Positions 42,140 to 57,488 are shown, counted from the first letter of the stretch. The stretch: DNA of 64,000 nt from Octopus vulgaris (GCA_951406725.2 OX597817.1:51336001-51400000); one strand, 5' to 3'. The notes: generated by a model from the letters alone, not told the origin. Numbers and translations: made by a program.

Positions 42140-43523
42140 ACAACAACAACAACAACACCGCAGTGATTACTATACAAATCTACCAACTCGTTTATGACCA
42201 ACAGACACCAATATCCCAGCAGTTCTAAGGATGTTTCAAAGCTTTCATTCCACGATAAAATACTATAAACACAGATCTGATAGACGGATGTGTCTATGTG
42301 TTTCTGGTATATCGAAAAAGTTTTCACTTAATACATCTGTCATGTGGTGAGAGAAAAACACATATTGGTGTTTTTTACGAACGCAGATTTCATATTTGAA
42401 ACGAAGCATTACTATTGTAGTATTTCAACATATTAATTGTTAAATATTCAGGTGCTTTTGTTTTTGTAGGATATGAGTGTATAACCTCAAATATATAATT
42501 ATTTATTCATACATCATACCGTGTTTGACGTAATATGAGCGTGTGATATGTTTCCAGGGAACCTAGGCAGTATGTGATTCTAAACCATTTTGTGAAATAG
42601 CTGTTATATTCAAATTTCATGCGTAGTCCAATTGAAAGGAAATTCTTTTGCATTTTACCACATCGCCTTTTTTTTTCGGACCTAAATCACACCGCCAAAC
42701 GTCACATGCCTTTCATACAAAAATGGGTCCCATTAATCAGTTTAAAGCAGAGTTATTTATACGTTCAAAACTAATAACCATTTACCTGAAAAAAATATTG
42801 TTAGACAAACAGTTTTATTTTCTAAAGTGACAGTGAGTGGCTTTGTTTCCCTATTCAAATCGATTTAATGAGAAAAGTTTTATAAGAGCACGCTATAAAT
42901 CCAGATAGAAGTGGATTTAATGAAGAGAGTTTTCACACTTCGAGAGAAGGTTTTTCTATTTCAAATGCAATAATTCAAACACGTTTCGAAATTTTTCTAA
43001 AAATTCACTACTTGAAAGAGTGAAAGCAAATAAAGACAAAAAATTAATTGATTAATATTTTCATTTAAATTAAATTTGGTTAAGCTAAAAGTCATTAGAG
43101 TAACAAATTACACAGGTATAGAGACACAATATGTATGTATACAACACGCACACACACACACATATATATATATATATACTTATATGACCGAATTTTATGG
43201 GTGAGCGTTTGGCCAATCAGATTCGCAAGTAGGCAAGTAAGCGTCGATTTGTGAGTTCGATTCAGCCTGAGGTTAGCTCATCATTTTTCGGTCATTTGTT
43301 TATATTTAAAAATTGTCTTTACAAATCTGAGAATAAATATCATAATGATATATATTATATACGGTTATTATACTATAAGCCTTCCATAGTAGCTTTATCT
43401 CTGTACGTCGCAAAGCCTTTCGGGTTTGTTTATAATAGTAATATTTATGTAGTATATATTTATATTATATACATACCTATATGAGTAAATATATATCATA
43501 TATATATATATATATGGTTTACT

Positions 43524-43821
43524 TAGCCTTTCATCCTTTCGGGGTCGATTAAATATGCACCAGTTACGCACTGGGGTCGATATAATAGACTTAATCCGTT
43601 TGTCTGTCCTTGTTTGTCCTCTCTGTGTTTAGCCTCTTGTGGGTCGTAAAGAAATAGGTATTTCGTCTGCCGTTACGTTCTGAGTTCAAATTCCCCCGAG
43701 GTCGACTTCCCCTTTCATCATTTCAGGATCGATAAATTAAGTACCAGTTGTGTACTGGGGTCGATCTAATCGACTGCACCTTCCCTAAAATTTTCGAGCC
43801 TTGTATCTAGAGTAGAAAAGA
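43524..43821 (+). mobile_element. SINE family B dimer, 5'-truncated
   Basis: Matches 6370-6670. Confidence 0.85.
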
Positions 43822-44123
43822 ATATATTAACCAAGTCGCCATGAATGTCGCAGGGTGGTAAAGCCTTTTTCTGCCGGCACTTGATAGCAAAACGATGCTA
43901 AATTTTGTCCATTATCAAGAGGAGTCGCTACTAATTACTTTGGAAATCTTTTAACAGTCAGATGTCAATTTACCTGGAAAGGAACAACGAAGTTGTTCAT
44001 AAAGTTACTTGAAATCAATGGATGTAAATTTACAGCTCTAGCATTAGTCCTTCACAGGTAGCCTTTGAACATTTCAGAGTACCCTTATGCACGCATGCAT
44101 ACCTACCTACCTACCTTCCTATC

Positions 44124-44157
<34 letters not shown>

Positions 44158-44194
44158 CATACATACATACATACATACATACATACATACATAA

Positions 44195-44530
44195 TGATGG
44201 CCGTCCACTCGTAACTGAGGAAGACAATTGCTGACCTTTAGGAACATTGTGAGTGTTAGGACTAACTTATATTTTGCATCTGCGTCTCCATTTGTCGCTA
44301 ATGACCCTGCTCTTGACCAGCATATATGACTGCAAACATTGCAAACCAAGCTTTCACCATTCACTCCACTAGCCATGCGCTTTCGAGTAGCACGCTTAAA
44401 TTCCGAATACGTGCTCTCTCAAAAGTGCCGTCCCCCTCCTTAACCTGCTTCCTCCATCTGTGGCGATGACAAGCATTGCTGTCCCAGTCAGTGTCCTGCA
44501 TATCACAGGCCTTTAAGGAGGACTTGACAT
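44195..44530 (-). mobile_element. RTE-clade LINE 3' fragment
   Basis: Minus strand reads KSSLKACDMQDTDWDSNACHRHRWRKQV and LVCNVCSHICWSRAG (a terminal C2H2-like finger), typical of RTE ORF ends; (TACA)n lies adjacent. Confidence 0.6.
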
Positions 44531-44544
44531 ATACATATGTGGTT

Positions 44545-45135
44545 TGTCCGGGACTGTTTGAAGGAATTTGTCCAAAGACCTCTTGAATTTTGTGTGGTTA
44601 GTTTCTGTATTGACGTGTCCTGGTGTAATGTTGAAGAGAGCGGGTCCAATTGAGGTGAAATAATTGTGCTGTATTGTTGTTATGAGATGCGATTTAGATT
44701 TTTGCTTTGTCGAATGGCACGGGGTCCAAGTCTTGGATGTATTTTGAAGGTGATACCAACATCATTTGGACAGTACTGATGGAATATTTTCCACATCATA
44801 CAGATAATGTAGCGTTCACGGCGTCGTTGGAGTGAATACAGTTTCAGCTTTTCCAGTCGACCCCAGTAGTCGAGGTCTGACATGCCATCTATCTTTTTCG
44901 TGATTGACCTTTGGGGGGCTTCAACTTTCATAATATTCCGTTTTGTGTAGGGAGACCACAGTGGACAGCAGTATTCAAAGTGAGGTCGGGCAAAATTGGA
45001 GAAGAGAAGGATAATGGTATGGGAATCTCTCGACTGGAAGGTTCTGAGAATCCAGGAACACATTCTGCGGGCCATGTCAACTTTGCTGCTTATATGTGCA
45101 GCCCAGCTTATGTTGTTGTCCACAGTTACTCCCAA
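44545..45135 (-). mobile_element. diverged 3' fragment of the same LINE family as 33558-38208
   Basis: [36 protein letters not shown]...[10 protein letters not shown] aligns with the 33646-34608 ORF. Confidence 0.93.
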
Positions 45136-45397
45136 ACATATATATACATATATACATACATTCACACATATATACATAAATACATACATACATATATACA
45201 TAAATACATACATACATATATACATACGTACATATATATATACATACATATATACATACGTACATATATATATATATACGTACATACATATATACATACG
45301 TACATATATATATATATACATACATACATATATACATACGTACATACATATATACATACGTACATATATATATATACATACATACATATATACATAC

Positions 45398-45472
<75 letters not shown>

Positions 45473-45473
45473 C

Positions 45474-45504
<31 letters not shown>

Positions 45505-45621
45505 CATACATACATATATACATACGTACATATATATATACATACATACATATATATATATACATACATACATATATACATACGTACATATATATATATA
45601 CATACATACATATATATATAT

Positions 45622-45662
<41 letters not shown>

Positions 45663-45687
45663 CATATATACATACGTACATATATAT

Positions 45688-45718
<31 letters not shown>

Positions 45719-45812
45719 ATACGTACATACGTACGTACATACATACATACATACATACATACATACATACATACATACATACATACATACATACATACAT
45801 ACATACATACAT
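45136..45812. repeat. compound (TA)/(TACA)/TACGTACA microsatellite
   Basis: Read directly. Confidence 0.95.
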
Positions 45813-46393
45813 ACGCCTGTGTATCTGTGTCTCTGACTGTGCATGTGTTTACATCCCTATCTAACGTTCTAAAATTTTCATTGTCTCATGGCGAAACTAC
45901 ATTAAGGCCATTGAGTTTCGGCGTGTTTTTCGTTTGAACGGGTTACATGATTATGCTTACCTCGATGCTGGTCGTTAAATATTTTAGCATTGTCAGTAAA
46001 CCACATGCATGCAATTTTATGCCATTTCATCTTATTATTTGTTTGGATCAATGTTCCGTTTCTTACATTAACTGAGTAACAGAAATTTTAACTAAAATTA
46101 TATCCATTAGATAAATTATAAACCAGAAGGAAATATATGGCTGACGCCCATGATAAAGTAACTATATATTATTTCAGCTCTTGTGGCAGCTGATGAGGGC
46201 TTTCTTTTTCCTTACATATCCTATAAATTATAAGATATTGCCAAAGAACAGAAACAGAATTCTGAAAATGTGCAATAACTGCATGAGATAATTCTAAACT
46301 TTAGGAAATTTTACAGAACACAAACGTACAAAAATATGGGAAATGAAACTAAAAATCTCAGTCATTAATGAAATCCATAATAAAAAAAGATCT

Positions 46394-46551
46394 TTGTGGC
46401 TGCGTGGTAAGTAGCTTGCTTACCCACCACATGGTTCCTGGTTCAGTCTCACTACGTGGCACCTTGAGCAAGTGTCTTCTACTATGGCTTCGGGCTGACC
46501 AAAGCCTTGTTAGTGGATATGGTAGACGGAAACTGAAAGAAGCCCGTTGTA

Positions 46552-46582
<31 letters not shown>

Positions 46583-46826
46583 GTGTGTGTGTGTCTATGT
46601 GTGTGTGTGTGTGTGTGTGCGTGCGTGTTAGTGTGTTTGTGTGTCTGTGATTGTCCCCCAACATAGCTTTACAACCGATGCTGGTGTATTTACGTCCCCG
46701 TCAACTAGCGGTTCGGCAAAAGAAACCGATAGAATAAGTACTAGGCTTAAAAAGAATAAGTCCTCGGGTCAATTTGCTCGATTAAAGGCGGTGCTCCAGC
46801 ATGGCCGCAGTCAAATGGCTGAAACA
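46394..46826 (+). mobile_element. SINE family C, full length
   Basis: Both halves present around a TA/TG tract. Confidence 0.88.
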
Positions 46827-48049
46827 ATTTTTTTTAAATGACGAAAAGTTAATAACATGTAGCCTTACATGGAGGCCAGATAATGTCAGGGAGACAAGGG
46901 AGATTTTCATTTCTCCATATTATTTTAACTGTTAGAAGTTTCAAATTCAAAATCGAAGAAGTAGAAATGTGATGCATATTATATGCATTTTTGTTTTGTT
47001 TTATTCTTTTGCTAACTCATTACAACTATCTTAAAGTTACTACTCTTGAATAAAGGTGTATAGTACCATTTCATTCGTATTAGAAAACTCCAGCCTGGCA
47101 TAACCCAGGGCAAATGAATTAAACTAAATTACACATTTTAGGAAGCGTGACATTTCTTAAACAGAAAATAATTACAGTCCGGAAGACTCTAAACAGATAG
47201 TAGTTCAAGAATAGTGAAAGTAAGGAGGGGGAAATTCTTGCATATTAACTGACTCCAGGGAGTTCTACCATGGAATGATATTCTTAATGATGCTAATAGT
47301 TTGGTTTTATCTATGAACAAAGTTCCCGACCTCTTTCAGTTATCTTCTTTTGGGCGTAGGTATTAGTTTCAAATTATTTCATAGTAATAAAACTTCGTTA
47401 CGAAGTAGAACAGATATCTCTTCGGAAAAATTAATAATAAAACGGAAATCGTTGGCGGTTTCATTTAATTAGAAGTAGAAAAAGAGTAGACATATGTAAT
47501 TCAATTTTAAAATTGAGTTTAGCTCCAGGATGTTAAAGTTATATTATCGACAAGTAAATGCAAAGTGGGTCAGCACTACAAGAAAGGTAACACTAAAAAT
47601 ATTGATTGTATTTAGAATGCACCAAGCAAATGATGGCACAAAATAATTATACTCGTCCTTTAGGGATAAATAGAGGCCATTTGTAAATGCAATAACAATC
47701 TGAAATTCATGTTGAAGAGCAAAAATAAATGAAAGTGAAACAATTAGAAAACACTTGGAGGGAATAAATTCTTAATCTCTAATTGAAATATTCTGCAGGT
47801 TTATATAACAAGCAGACAAGTACAAGGAATATTATAGGAAACGATCTACTAAATCACCTAAAGGAGGTATTATAACAATGATTAAAGAACTCTGTAAACT
47901 ACAACTTTTAAGGTCATATGACTTGCCTGAAAAAGGAATACAAAAGTTTAATTGAAATGATATCGCAAGGAGTCGATAATTTCCTGGAAAGGAATGATTA
48001 TTCTGTACTATAGTTCTACGTAAGAGAATGTTTTGAAACTTTTGTCATT

Positions 48050-48108
<59 letters not shown>

Positions 48109-48144
48109 TCTGTTTCTCAGTCAGTATATATGTATGTATGTATG

Positions 48145-48716
<572 letters not shown>

Positions 48717-48787
48717 GTATGTATATATATAGATATATACATATAGATATAGGTAGATAGATATAGATAGATGCTTACACACACACG

Positions 48788-48861
<74 letters not shown>

Positions 48862-49124
48862 CATATATCCATACACTCATACATAAAGTAGTAGCATAGA
48901 GAACTCGTTTTTCTTATCCCACGAAGGTGACTTTCATTATTTCGGCATCGATAAATAAGTACCAGCATTTGCATTCATATATTCGACTTATTACTCCCCA
49001 TTAAATAATCCGCCTTATGCTGAAATTCCAATTAATTATTATATAAAGATTTTTTTTCAGACAGACGTTTCATGCCTGTACATTCGAACGCGCAAGCACA
49101 CGCACACACACACAACGTTTGCAT

Positions 49125-49866
49125 ACCTATACATAGTTATATGCATATATATATATATGTATGTGTGTGTATGTGTACATATACACATATACATATATAC
49201 ATATACATATATACATATACACATATACATATACACATATACATATACACATACATATATATACATACATATATATACAAATATATATACACATATATAT
49301 ATATACACATATATATATATAGACATATATATATATACACATATATATATACACATACATATATATACATACATATATACATATATATATACACATGCAT
49401 ATATACATATTCACATATATATCTATACATACATATACACATATACTTATATACATATATACATATATATACATAAATATATATGCACATATATGCATAT
49501 ATACATATACACATACACACATACACATATACACATATATATCTATACATATATACGTATATACACATACATATCTATACATATATACATATATACACAT
49601 ACATATCTATACATATATACATATATACACACACATATACACACACATACATATACACACATATACATATTCATACATATGTATATATATATATATACAC
49701 ATACACACACACATATATATACACACATATATATAGACACACACACATATATACACACACATATATACACACACATATATATACACATATATATATAGAC
49801 ACACACACATATATATACACATATATATAGACACACACACACATATATATACACATATATATATAG

Positions 49867-49930
<64 letters not shown>
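49125..49930. repeat. degenerate (TA)/(CA) array
   Basis: Read directly. Confidence 0.95.
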
Positions 49931-49931
<1 letters not shown>

Positions 49932-50382
49932 CATATAGAAACATATATATTTACTTCATCTTTGTACGCTCAGTGTATTCATGGCTGCAGTATATAGGCA
50001 TATAGATTTCAGCATTAAATAAACCAGCAATTTCTTAAGAAATTACTAATATCTATGAAATCAATAAGCAGCGACAATGATACCTTTTTTCAATACTCCA
50101 CGATGTTGAACGCATTAAACTATCAATTTTTATTCAGTCGTAGGTCGTTACCTTGTTCTTATTTTCTTTTCTTATTTCACATTTTTCTATAAAACAAATT
50201 TTATATCACATTATGTCAATATGTATTTTAATATTTCTGCGTTTTTTGCTTCTGTGGGGTTTTTTTTCCAAACTTTTAATATTGTTTGACGGATGGATTG
50301 AATAATCATTATGATAACTGCAAGAAAGGTAGATTAAGAATTCCACGAAGGAAAATTTTACTGCCATCTTGTAACGTTTCTC

Positions 50383-51206
50383 AATGATGAAAATACTGCT
50401 GCTGCTGCTGCTGCTGCTACCGATGGTGTCGATGGTGATGATGATGATGATGGTGTGGATTGTGGTAATAGTGGTGGTGGCGGTGAGGAAAATGATGTTG
50501 ATTATGATAATGATGGTGATGTCATTGGTGATAACGATAATGATGACGACGAAGATATTGGTGATGATCACGAAGATGGTGGTGGTGGTGGTGATGATGA
50601 TGGTGGCGGTGATGATGGTGATGATTGATGAAAATGAGGAGGAGGAGGAGAAGAAAAAGAAGAAGAAAGGGAAAGGAGGAGGACGAGGAGGTTGGGAGGA
50701 GGAGGAGAAGGAGTGAAGGATATGTATGAGGGTGATGGTGATGTCTAATGATTGTGATTGATGAAAATAAAGATTAAGATGGTGCTAATGTTGATGATGA
50801 AAATGATGATGAGGAGGACAACGATGAAGACGACGACGACAACAAGGAAGAGGCTGATTTCGATGATGATGATGATGATGAGGTGGTGGAGGAGGAGGAG
50901 GAAGGCAACAATGTCGACGACGACAAAGAAGAGGTTAATTTCGATGAGGATGAGGACGACGACGGCGACAAGAAGAATTATTTCGATAATGATGAGGAGG
51001 AGGGGGCAACAATGACGATGACGATAAAGATGAGGATAATTTCGATGATGATGATGACGAGGAGACGGAGGAGGAATAGGACGACGACGATAACGACAAG
51101 GAGGAGGACAATTTCGATGATGATCATGATCATGATCATGAGGAGGAGGAGGAGAAGGACAACGACGATGACAAGGAGGAGGATAATTTCGATGATAATG
51201 ATGATA
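50383..51206. repeat. GAT/GGT/GAG/GAC low-complexity array with a recurring ATTTCGAT anchor
   Basis: Read directly; six anchors between 50857 and 51192. Confidence 0.85.
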
Positions 51207-51960
51207 CACTTTTGTCTAATTTTCTAGAAAGATAATAAAATTTTACCCCACAAGACTGATATCTTCCAACAGATTTACTAATTCCAGAAAATTCGATAGA
51301 AAATCAGAAATAACAAAAGATATATTTAATAAAAAAAAAACATGGAAAAGAAAACAAAAATAACGCCGAATTCTTAATGAATTCTACAATTAAAAGACGT
51401 CGTTGCAAGAAGGAATCCTGATTAATACAGGAGATAAAACAATATAAAAATTTCAAATTAAAAAATATAAGAATCCAGAATTTTAAAGAAACGCTTAAAA
51501 GCTAAAGATACGAGTTAATTCGTTAAGAGGCCGTCGTCATGTTTAGCTGCAAAATTTCTTGTAGGAAATAGATTCTTCTGTTCCATGCCGAGGTGATATA
51601 TTAGTTTTTAATGAATAAAAGAAATAGATGAGAAAGTAACAGAGGATAAATTGAGAAGAAAAAATAAAACAGGAGCGCGAAGGCACCACAATACCTGGAA
51701 ATGTTAGAAATAGGAAATGTTGCGAAAGATTGTTCGTCGCAAGTTATATCAGGTGTCGAATGAATTATCGAAGAATTAGACAAAAAATAAATTGACAGTT
51801 GGAAAATACTAAGATCAATTCAGATCAGACATGGAGGCCTGCGCCGTCGCAGTGCGTTGCTGTATTCACTAGCTGTCGGTATATTTCCGGGTCTTCAAGT
51901 GTGACCTACTGACCAGAGATCCATTGAGTTCCATTGCTGAGAAATACCTTCTCACTCGTG

Positions 51961-52102
51961 ACCATGTGGCATGTGGTCAATCAACACAAACTGTCAACCA
52001 TGTGGCATGTGGTCGACCAACACGAGCTGACAACCATGTGGCGTATGGTCGACCAATACGAGCTGACAACCATGTGGCGTGTGGTCAACCAACACGAGCT
52101 CT
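51961..52102 (+). repeat. 36-bp minisatellite, about 4 copies
   Basis: ACCATGTGGCRTRTGGTCRAYCAAYACRARCTGWCA units start at 51961, 51997, 52033 and 52069. Confidence 0.92.
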
Positions 52103-52158
52103 CTTTTTTTTTTTCTAGTTAAGTTTAGTTAATTTTTGTTTATTTTCAGATCATTAAA

Positions 52159-52293
52159 ATGGAATGTCAAGTTAAGAAAAACGAGCATTTTCGACACCTC
52201 CGCCTTCTGCTTTTAATCAAGATTTTAAGTCCGCAAAAGCTGCTCGCAACGTGCCATAGCTGAAAGAGCTGTTCGTGATTGGTATGCCAAGTT
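52159..52293 (+). mobile_element. mariner transposase N-terminal (HTH) remnant
   Basis: MECQVKKNEHFRHL..AFNQDFKSAKAARN..AIAERAVRDWYAK across frameshifts, resembling the Mos1/Hsmar1 N-terminus. Confidence 0.7.
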
Positions 52294-53549
52294 ATATATA
52301 TATATATGTACATCAGGCCCAGTGATGCGATAGATAGAAAGCACAATATCAGCCGTTCTGAGGGAAGAGGTAAGCCGTTTACACAGACATTGCTACATAT
52401 TTTATCGGCCAGAAAAGCAAAAGATTGAACTCAGAACAGGAAATATATCGCAAGTATTCTATGTGAGGTGGTGACTATTCTACCAGCTAACCGTCTACGA
52501 GTCAGTACTGTTTCTACTTTGCGGATTTTCACCGATCGCAGTGGGTTTTGGAACGTAACACCCGAAATAGTTGACGTATTACTGCACGTGCTTACACTCA
52601 AAACGAATTGTTAATACAATATAGAATTCTTCGTCTAGATATTTGTGCTAAAGACGTATATTTAGAAGTGAGAGAAAGAAATAACACAATGGGGATCTTA
52701 AAAACGAAAGAGATTCCATCAAGTGATTTCACTGCTAAAAAAATAAACAGATGATATTTTATAACATAATAATATAGATGTGGCCAGCAGCAAAAGGTCT
52801 ACGCTTTTGTTACTTCAATAGTTTGAACGCATTAACTTGTCAAGTTTTATTTATATGGCGCTCGTTAAATCTTTCACCATTTTTGATATAAAGAATTCAT
52901 GTGCCTCAGCGTCTTTATTTTATTTATTTATTTTTTAATAAACTGTTCTTTGGATCTTTGCTTTAGTTCTTCCAATCTTTGATGAAGAATGGTAGTAACG
53001 AAATTGTGATACAGAATTAAAATATAATGATGAAAGATGATGTGATTGGGATTTTTCTCATTCTTCAGCTTCTCTTCCTCTTCTTTTTTCTTCTTCTCCT
53101 TGACTATCATCATCTTTGTCAGTTACTACTAACACTACTACAACTGCTGCAACCAACACTACTACTACTGCTGCTATTACTTTCTATTATTATTTTCTGT
53201 GGGTGCAGTATGTTGTGAGGCGGGTGGGGGGGCCCAATTGCTTTTAATTTTCAAAACCTAAGCGCAACACTTGACAAAAGGAAACTTACACTTACTCAAT
53301 TCTTGGCACAGCCAAGACATATATTTTGGATTTAAGAATCCTTTTCAATTCTATAATCAATACTAATTTTATTACTTCATAAGAAAATATTGGTTCGTGG
53401 AGGCAGACTTCGAATTCTAATCCAAAGGGTTTATAGTTCAATGCTGTCATTTATAGCATTTTCTAGTTCGAGTTCCACCATTAAAATCCAGCTATTTCAA
53501 ATTTATATTTATTATCAAAAGAGCGGACGTGATGATGTCTTCAGAAATT

Positions 53550-53938
53550 TGGTTACCAACCACTTGTTTCCATGTTTAGCCCCACTGCCTAGCATCTTAT
53601 GTTAGTGACTTCTACTATAGCCTTCCACCAACCAAATTCTTCTGCACAAATAAGGTAGATGGAAACCGAAAAGAATCAATCGTATATATATAAATATAAA
53701 TACGTGTGTATGCACACGCGCGTCTGTTTCTGTCTCTGTCTCTGTATTTGTTCAACAGCGCTTGACATCCGTAATTAATATGCTTACGTCCCCGTAACGC
53801 AGTGGTTGGGCAAAAGACACCGACAGAGTAAGTGGCAGGTTCAAAAACATTACTGCTGTCGAATCATTCGTCTTGCTTTTCCAAGCAGTGCTCTAGCAAG
53901 CCTGCAATCCAATGACTGAAACAAGTCAATGACAAAAG
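53550..53938 (+). mobile_element. old SINE family C copy
   Basis: Diverged but collinear with both halves. Confidence 0.6.
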
Positions 53939-54409
53939 TAGAAAAAAAAAAAAAACACAGCTAGGAAACAACAGAACGTGAAAAACATGTATTTATGGCT
54001 GAAATATTTTTGCAGTCGCATAAAAAGAGCTAAGCAAAAATTAGTTACTGACCAGGAAAAGCATAAGATCCAGAAACACAGCCGGAAGATAAAAACATCT
54101 TAATCACGAAAACTAAAGAAACAACAAAACGAAATTTCCCGGGACATAATAAGAGGCGTGCCTCATGTTTACAAAGATTTTATTTCAATAATATGGTAGT
54201 GAATCTTTTGTTACATGGAAAAAATTATCCATATCTATGTTTGTTCATGTGTTTTGTTTTTTTCTCTATCTTCATATCTTTCAACAATAAGTAACATCTT
54301 GAAATAAATATTTGAAGTTAAACAGCTCTGGCTTTAAAAAATAGTAATTAGTAAACGCATAGTAGTGTGGGTTTTTTTTAAATATCCAATACACTACAGA
54401 TGTATGTAT

Positions 54410-54597
54410 ATATAGATGAAATTTAAAGAAAAACAGTAAACGAAGATAGGTGCATGAACAACAAGCAAGTATATTAGCTTGACGCGCGGGGGAAAAAACA
54501 GTCTTTTACGTTTCAAGCCTCCGCTCTTCACCAGAAAGGAATAAGAGAAAATGAATAGAGAAAGAATAAGAGAAGAAAACTTGTAGAGTACAGCGAT

Positions 54598-54600
<3 letters not shown>
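54410..54600 (-). mobile_element. (TA)n-flanked short element with a minimal hammerhead-like motif at 54503-54538
   Basis: Minus strand reads CTTT-CTGGTGA-A-GAGC-ggag-GCTT-GAAACGT-A-AAAG. Confidence 0.6.
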
Positions 54601-54656
<56 letters not shown>

Positions 54657-54756
54657 GTGTATATATATATATATATATATGCATTTATATTCGTAAATAT
54701 ATATACTTATGCATGTATGTATGTATATATGTATATACACATATGTATATACATAC

Positions 54757-54801
<45 letters not shown>

Positions 54802-54874
54802 TATACACACACATACATATATATATACACACATACATATATATATATATATACACACATTCATATATATATAT

Positions 54875-54917
<43 letters not shown>

Positions 54918-54944
54918 TACATATATATACACACACACACACAC

Positions 54945-54992
<48 letters not shown>

Positions 54993-54994
54993 TT

Positions 54995-57488
54995 CAGACA
55001 CTCAGACACTAGACCACGCCCAATAAGAGTAATCTTTTCTTCCGATCAGGAGGCTTCAACCTTCTGAACAGAGCTTAGATGCATGCCTGGGAGGACCCCA
55101 ATATGGGTTTTCGCGAGGAATACTCACTGAGAGAGAGAATTCGCCGGAGAAACCTAATATCCGAACTGAAGATGAGAAAACAGATGGGAGAGAAGGGTTT
55201 ACGCATCCAAGCTGGACAAATAATCAAGTCCTACCTCTGGTCGCATGCTGTAGTGCTGACAGGGAAAGTGAATCGAGAGCGAATCGAAGTAAAGTAGATA
55301 CCCCCGTCAACGATGCTATCTCTGATACCCCTTATTCTGCTTGTTCCCCAATTCACGCCCCTTAAACTCCACAACCCAGCATCCTGCTCCTTATTTCCAA
55401 AGTTCAGCGAACTATTTACACTGGCCATGCGTGATTCCCCTGATGTGATAGCTATCACCGAGACTTGGCTGACTCCTGCAGTAAAGGACTCGGAAATCCA
55501 CCTACAGGGCTACGCCCTCTTCAGATGTGACAGAGAAAAAAGGTAAGGTGGAGGTGTTGCTGTGTATGTTAAATCTGATCTCAAACCGCCCAGCGGTATT
55601 GTACCCACTAATCCTCAACCTACAACAAAATTCGATGCCGTCTATTGCAAGCTGAGCCTATCCGGGTTTTGCCTGCCCGTGTTAGCTGTCTACAGACCGC
55701 CTTTTGCCGACCCCCAGGACGATGCTCATTTACTCGAAGCGATAAGATTCGTTTCAGCTTCTCATGACTGTTTTATATTAGGAGATTTCAACGCTCCCAC
55801 GATCGATTGGCCCGCATCAATTTGTACATCATCTTCCCGGTTCGGCCAGGCCCTTCTTGACGTGGCTGAAGATTGTTTTCTATCGCAACATGTTGAATAT
55901 CCGACAAGGCATCGGTCTGGGCAGCAGCCATCTATGCTGGATTTGGTATTCTCCCGCTATCGAAGATCAGTGTCAGACGTATATGTGTGCGTCCCTCTTG
56001 CCAAGAGTGATCATGCGGTTCTGAAGTTCGTCATGCACACAACTTTTTCTACGCCCACGACTACTTCGCTGCCACGTAGAGTCTTCTCTGCAATTAAACT
56101 TGAAAGGGAGTCGCCAAGACCCGCTTAACTACCGACCGGTTTCCTTTACATCAATAATCAGCAAGATGTTCGAAACCATCCTTAAGAAAAGTATGATGCT
56201 CCACCTCCAAAACACAGCCTCTATCTCTGATTCCCAACACGGCTTCATGCCGAAGAGATCATGCTTGACCAACTTACTGGTAATGGAAGAATTGGTGACG
56301 CGCATCCTCGATGACAGTGATGCTGTTGACATCGTTTTATTGGACTTTGCCAAAGCTTTTGACTCGGTAAACCACCGCCTATTACTTGTCAACCTTCAAG
56401 CATATAGTTTCCATCCGGAAATTGTACGATGGGTTGCTGCCTTCCTCTCAGATCGCTCCTTCCAAGTCCAAGTTAATGGTTCGCGGTCCGACGTCTCCAG
56501 TGCCAGCAGTGGCGTGACTCAAGGTTCAGTGCTTGGGCCCTTATAGTTCTTAGTCTTCATAAATGACTTGCCCGACGACCTCACGCAACACACCCTTCTA
56601 TTTGCCGACGATGTCAAACGGGTTGCTCCTGGCGGTGATATAGAGGATCTTCATCGATGCCTCCACCAAATTTGGAGATGGTCTAACGAATGGGATCTGT
56701 GTCTGAACGTCTCAAAGTGCTGTCATCTGCCTGTTGGCTCTCCTCCTGCAACTCAACTTGATTTCGAGCCGGGTCGTCTGCTGCTGGAGAGGACCGACCA
56801 GGTAAATGACCTGGGTATCTTGGTGGATTCCTCCTTTTCGCCTTCGGCCAGTGCGTCCATGCTGCCAACAAAGCACGCGGAGTTCTGTTCTTGATTCGAC
56901 GGTCATTCGGAATGCTAAAGGCAGCCATATTCCTACTGCTCTATGTCACGCTGGTGAGCCCCATATTGGAGTACGGGATTCAAGCCTCTTCTCCTTATCT
57001 CCTCAAAGACATACAGCATCTCGAAAGAGTCCAGAAACTGGCTACCCGCATGGTTCTTGGTCTCAAGAATTTGTCTTATGAAGAAAGGCTGAATACGCTC
57101 GACCTTTATTCTCTAGAAAAACGACGACGCCGTGGTGATCTCATTCTTGCTCACATCATAAGCGGAAAGTGTAACCTCTCGAAAGAGCTGTTCTTCACTC
57201 CTATTCCAGAGCGTCGGCTGCGGGGTCATTCCGAAAAGCTCTATCTGCGACGATTTCATCTCAATCGAAGGAGAGGGGCTTTCTCCGTCCGGGTTGCGGA
57301 TCCGTGGAATAAGCTGCCGGACGAGATAGTGAAGATGCCGACGACCGTTCGGTTCAAAGTCTCCCTTGACCACAAGTGGCCTGAACTCTTTATATGAACA
57401 CCACCCTGTACATAACTCCATGTCCCCCTACATGGCCTTGCTTTTTGCTTTTTGAGCCAAAAAACAAAAAATTAACTAACTAACTAAC
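54995..57488 (+). mobile_element. GC-rich CR1-like LINE, 5'-truncated and internally deleted
   Basis: ORF1 tail (RPIRVIF...RERIRRRNLISELK), APE (IAITETWL, VYRPP, LGDFN, SDH), a junction near 56100 straight into KGSRQDPLNYRPVS, RT (LDFAKAFD, QGSVLGPL, FADD), C-terminus RRRRGDLI...FSVRV..WNKLP, and a (CTAA)n tail; several stops and frameshifts. Confidence 0.92.

Noticed and set aside
44680-45804. 374-aa ORF appearing to fuse a novel N-terminus to a LINE domain
   Set aside because: The N-terminus is microsatellite read-through into a truncated LINE fragment.
51961-52102. 36-bp repeats resembling a CRISPR array
   Set aside because: Head-to-tail with no unique spacers, no cas genes, and a eukaryotic context.
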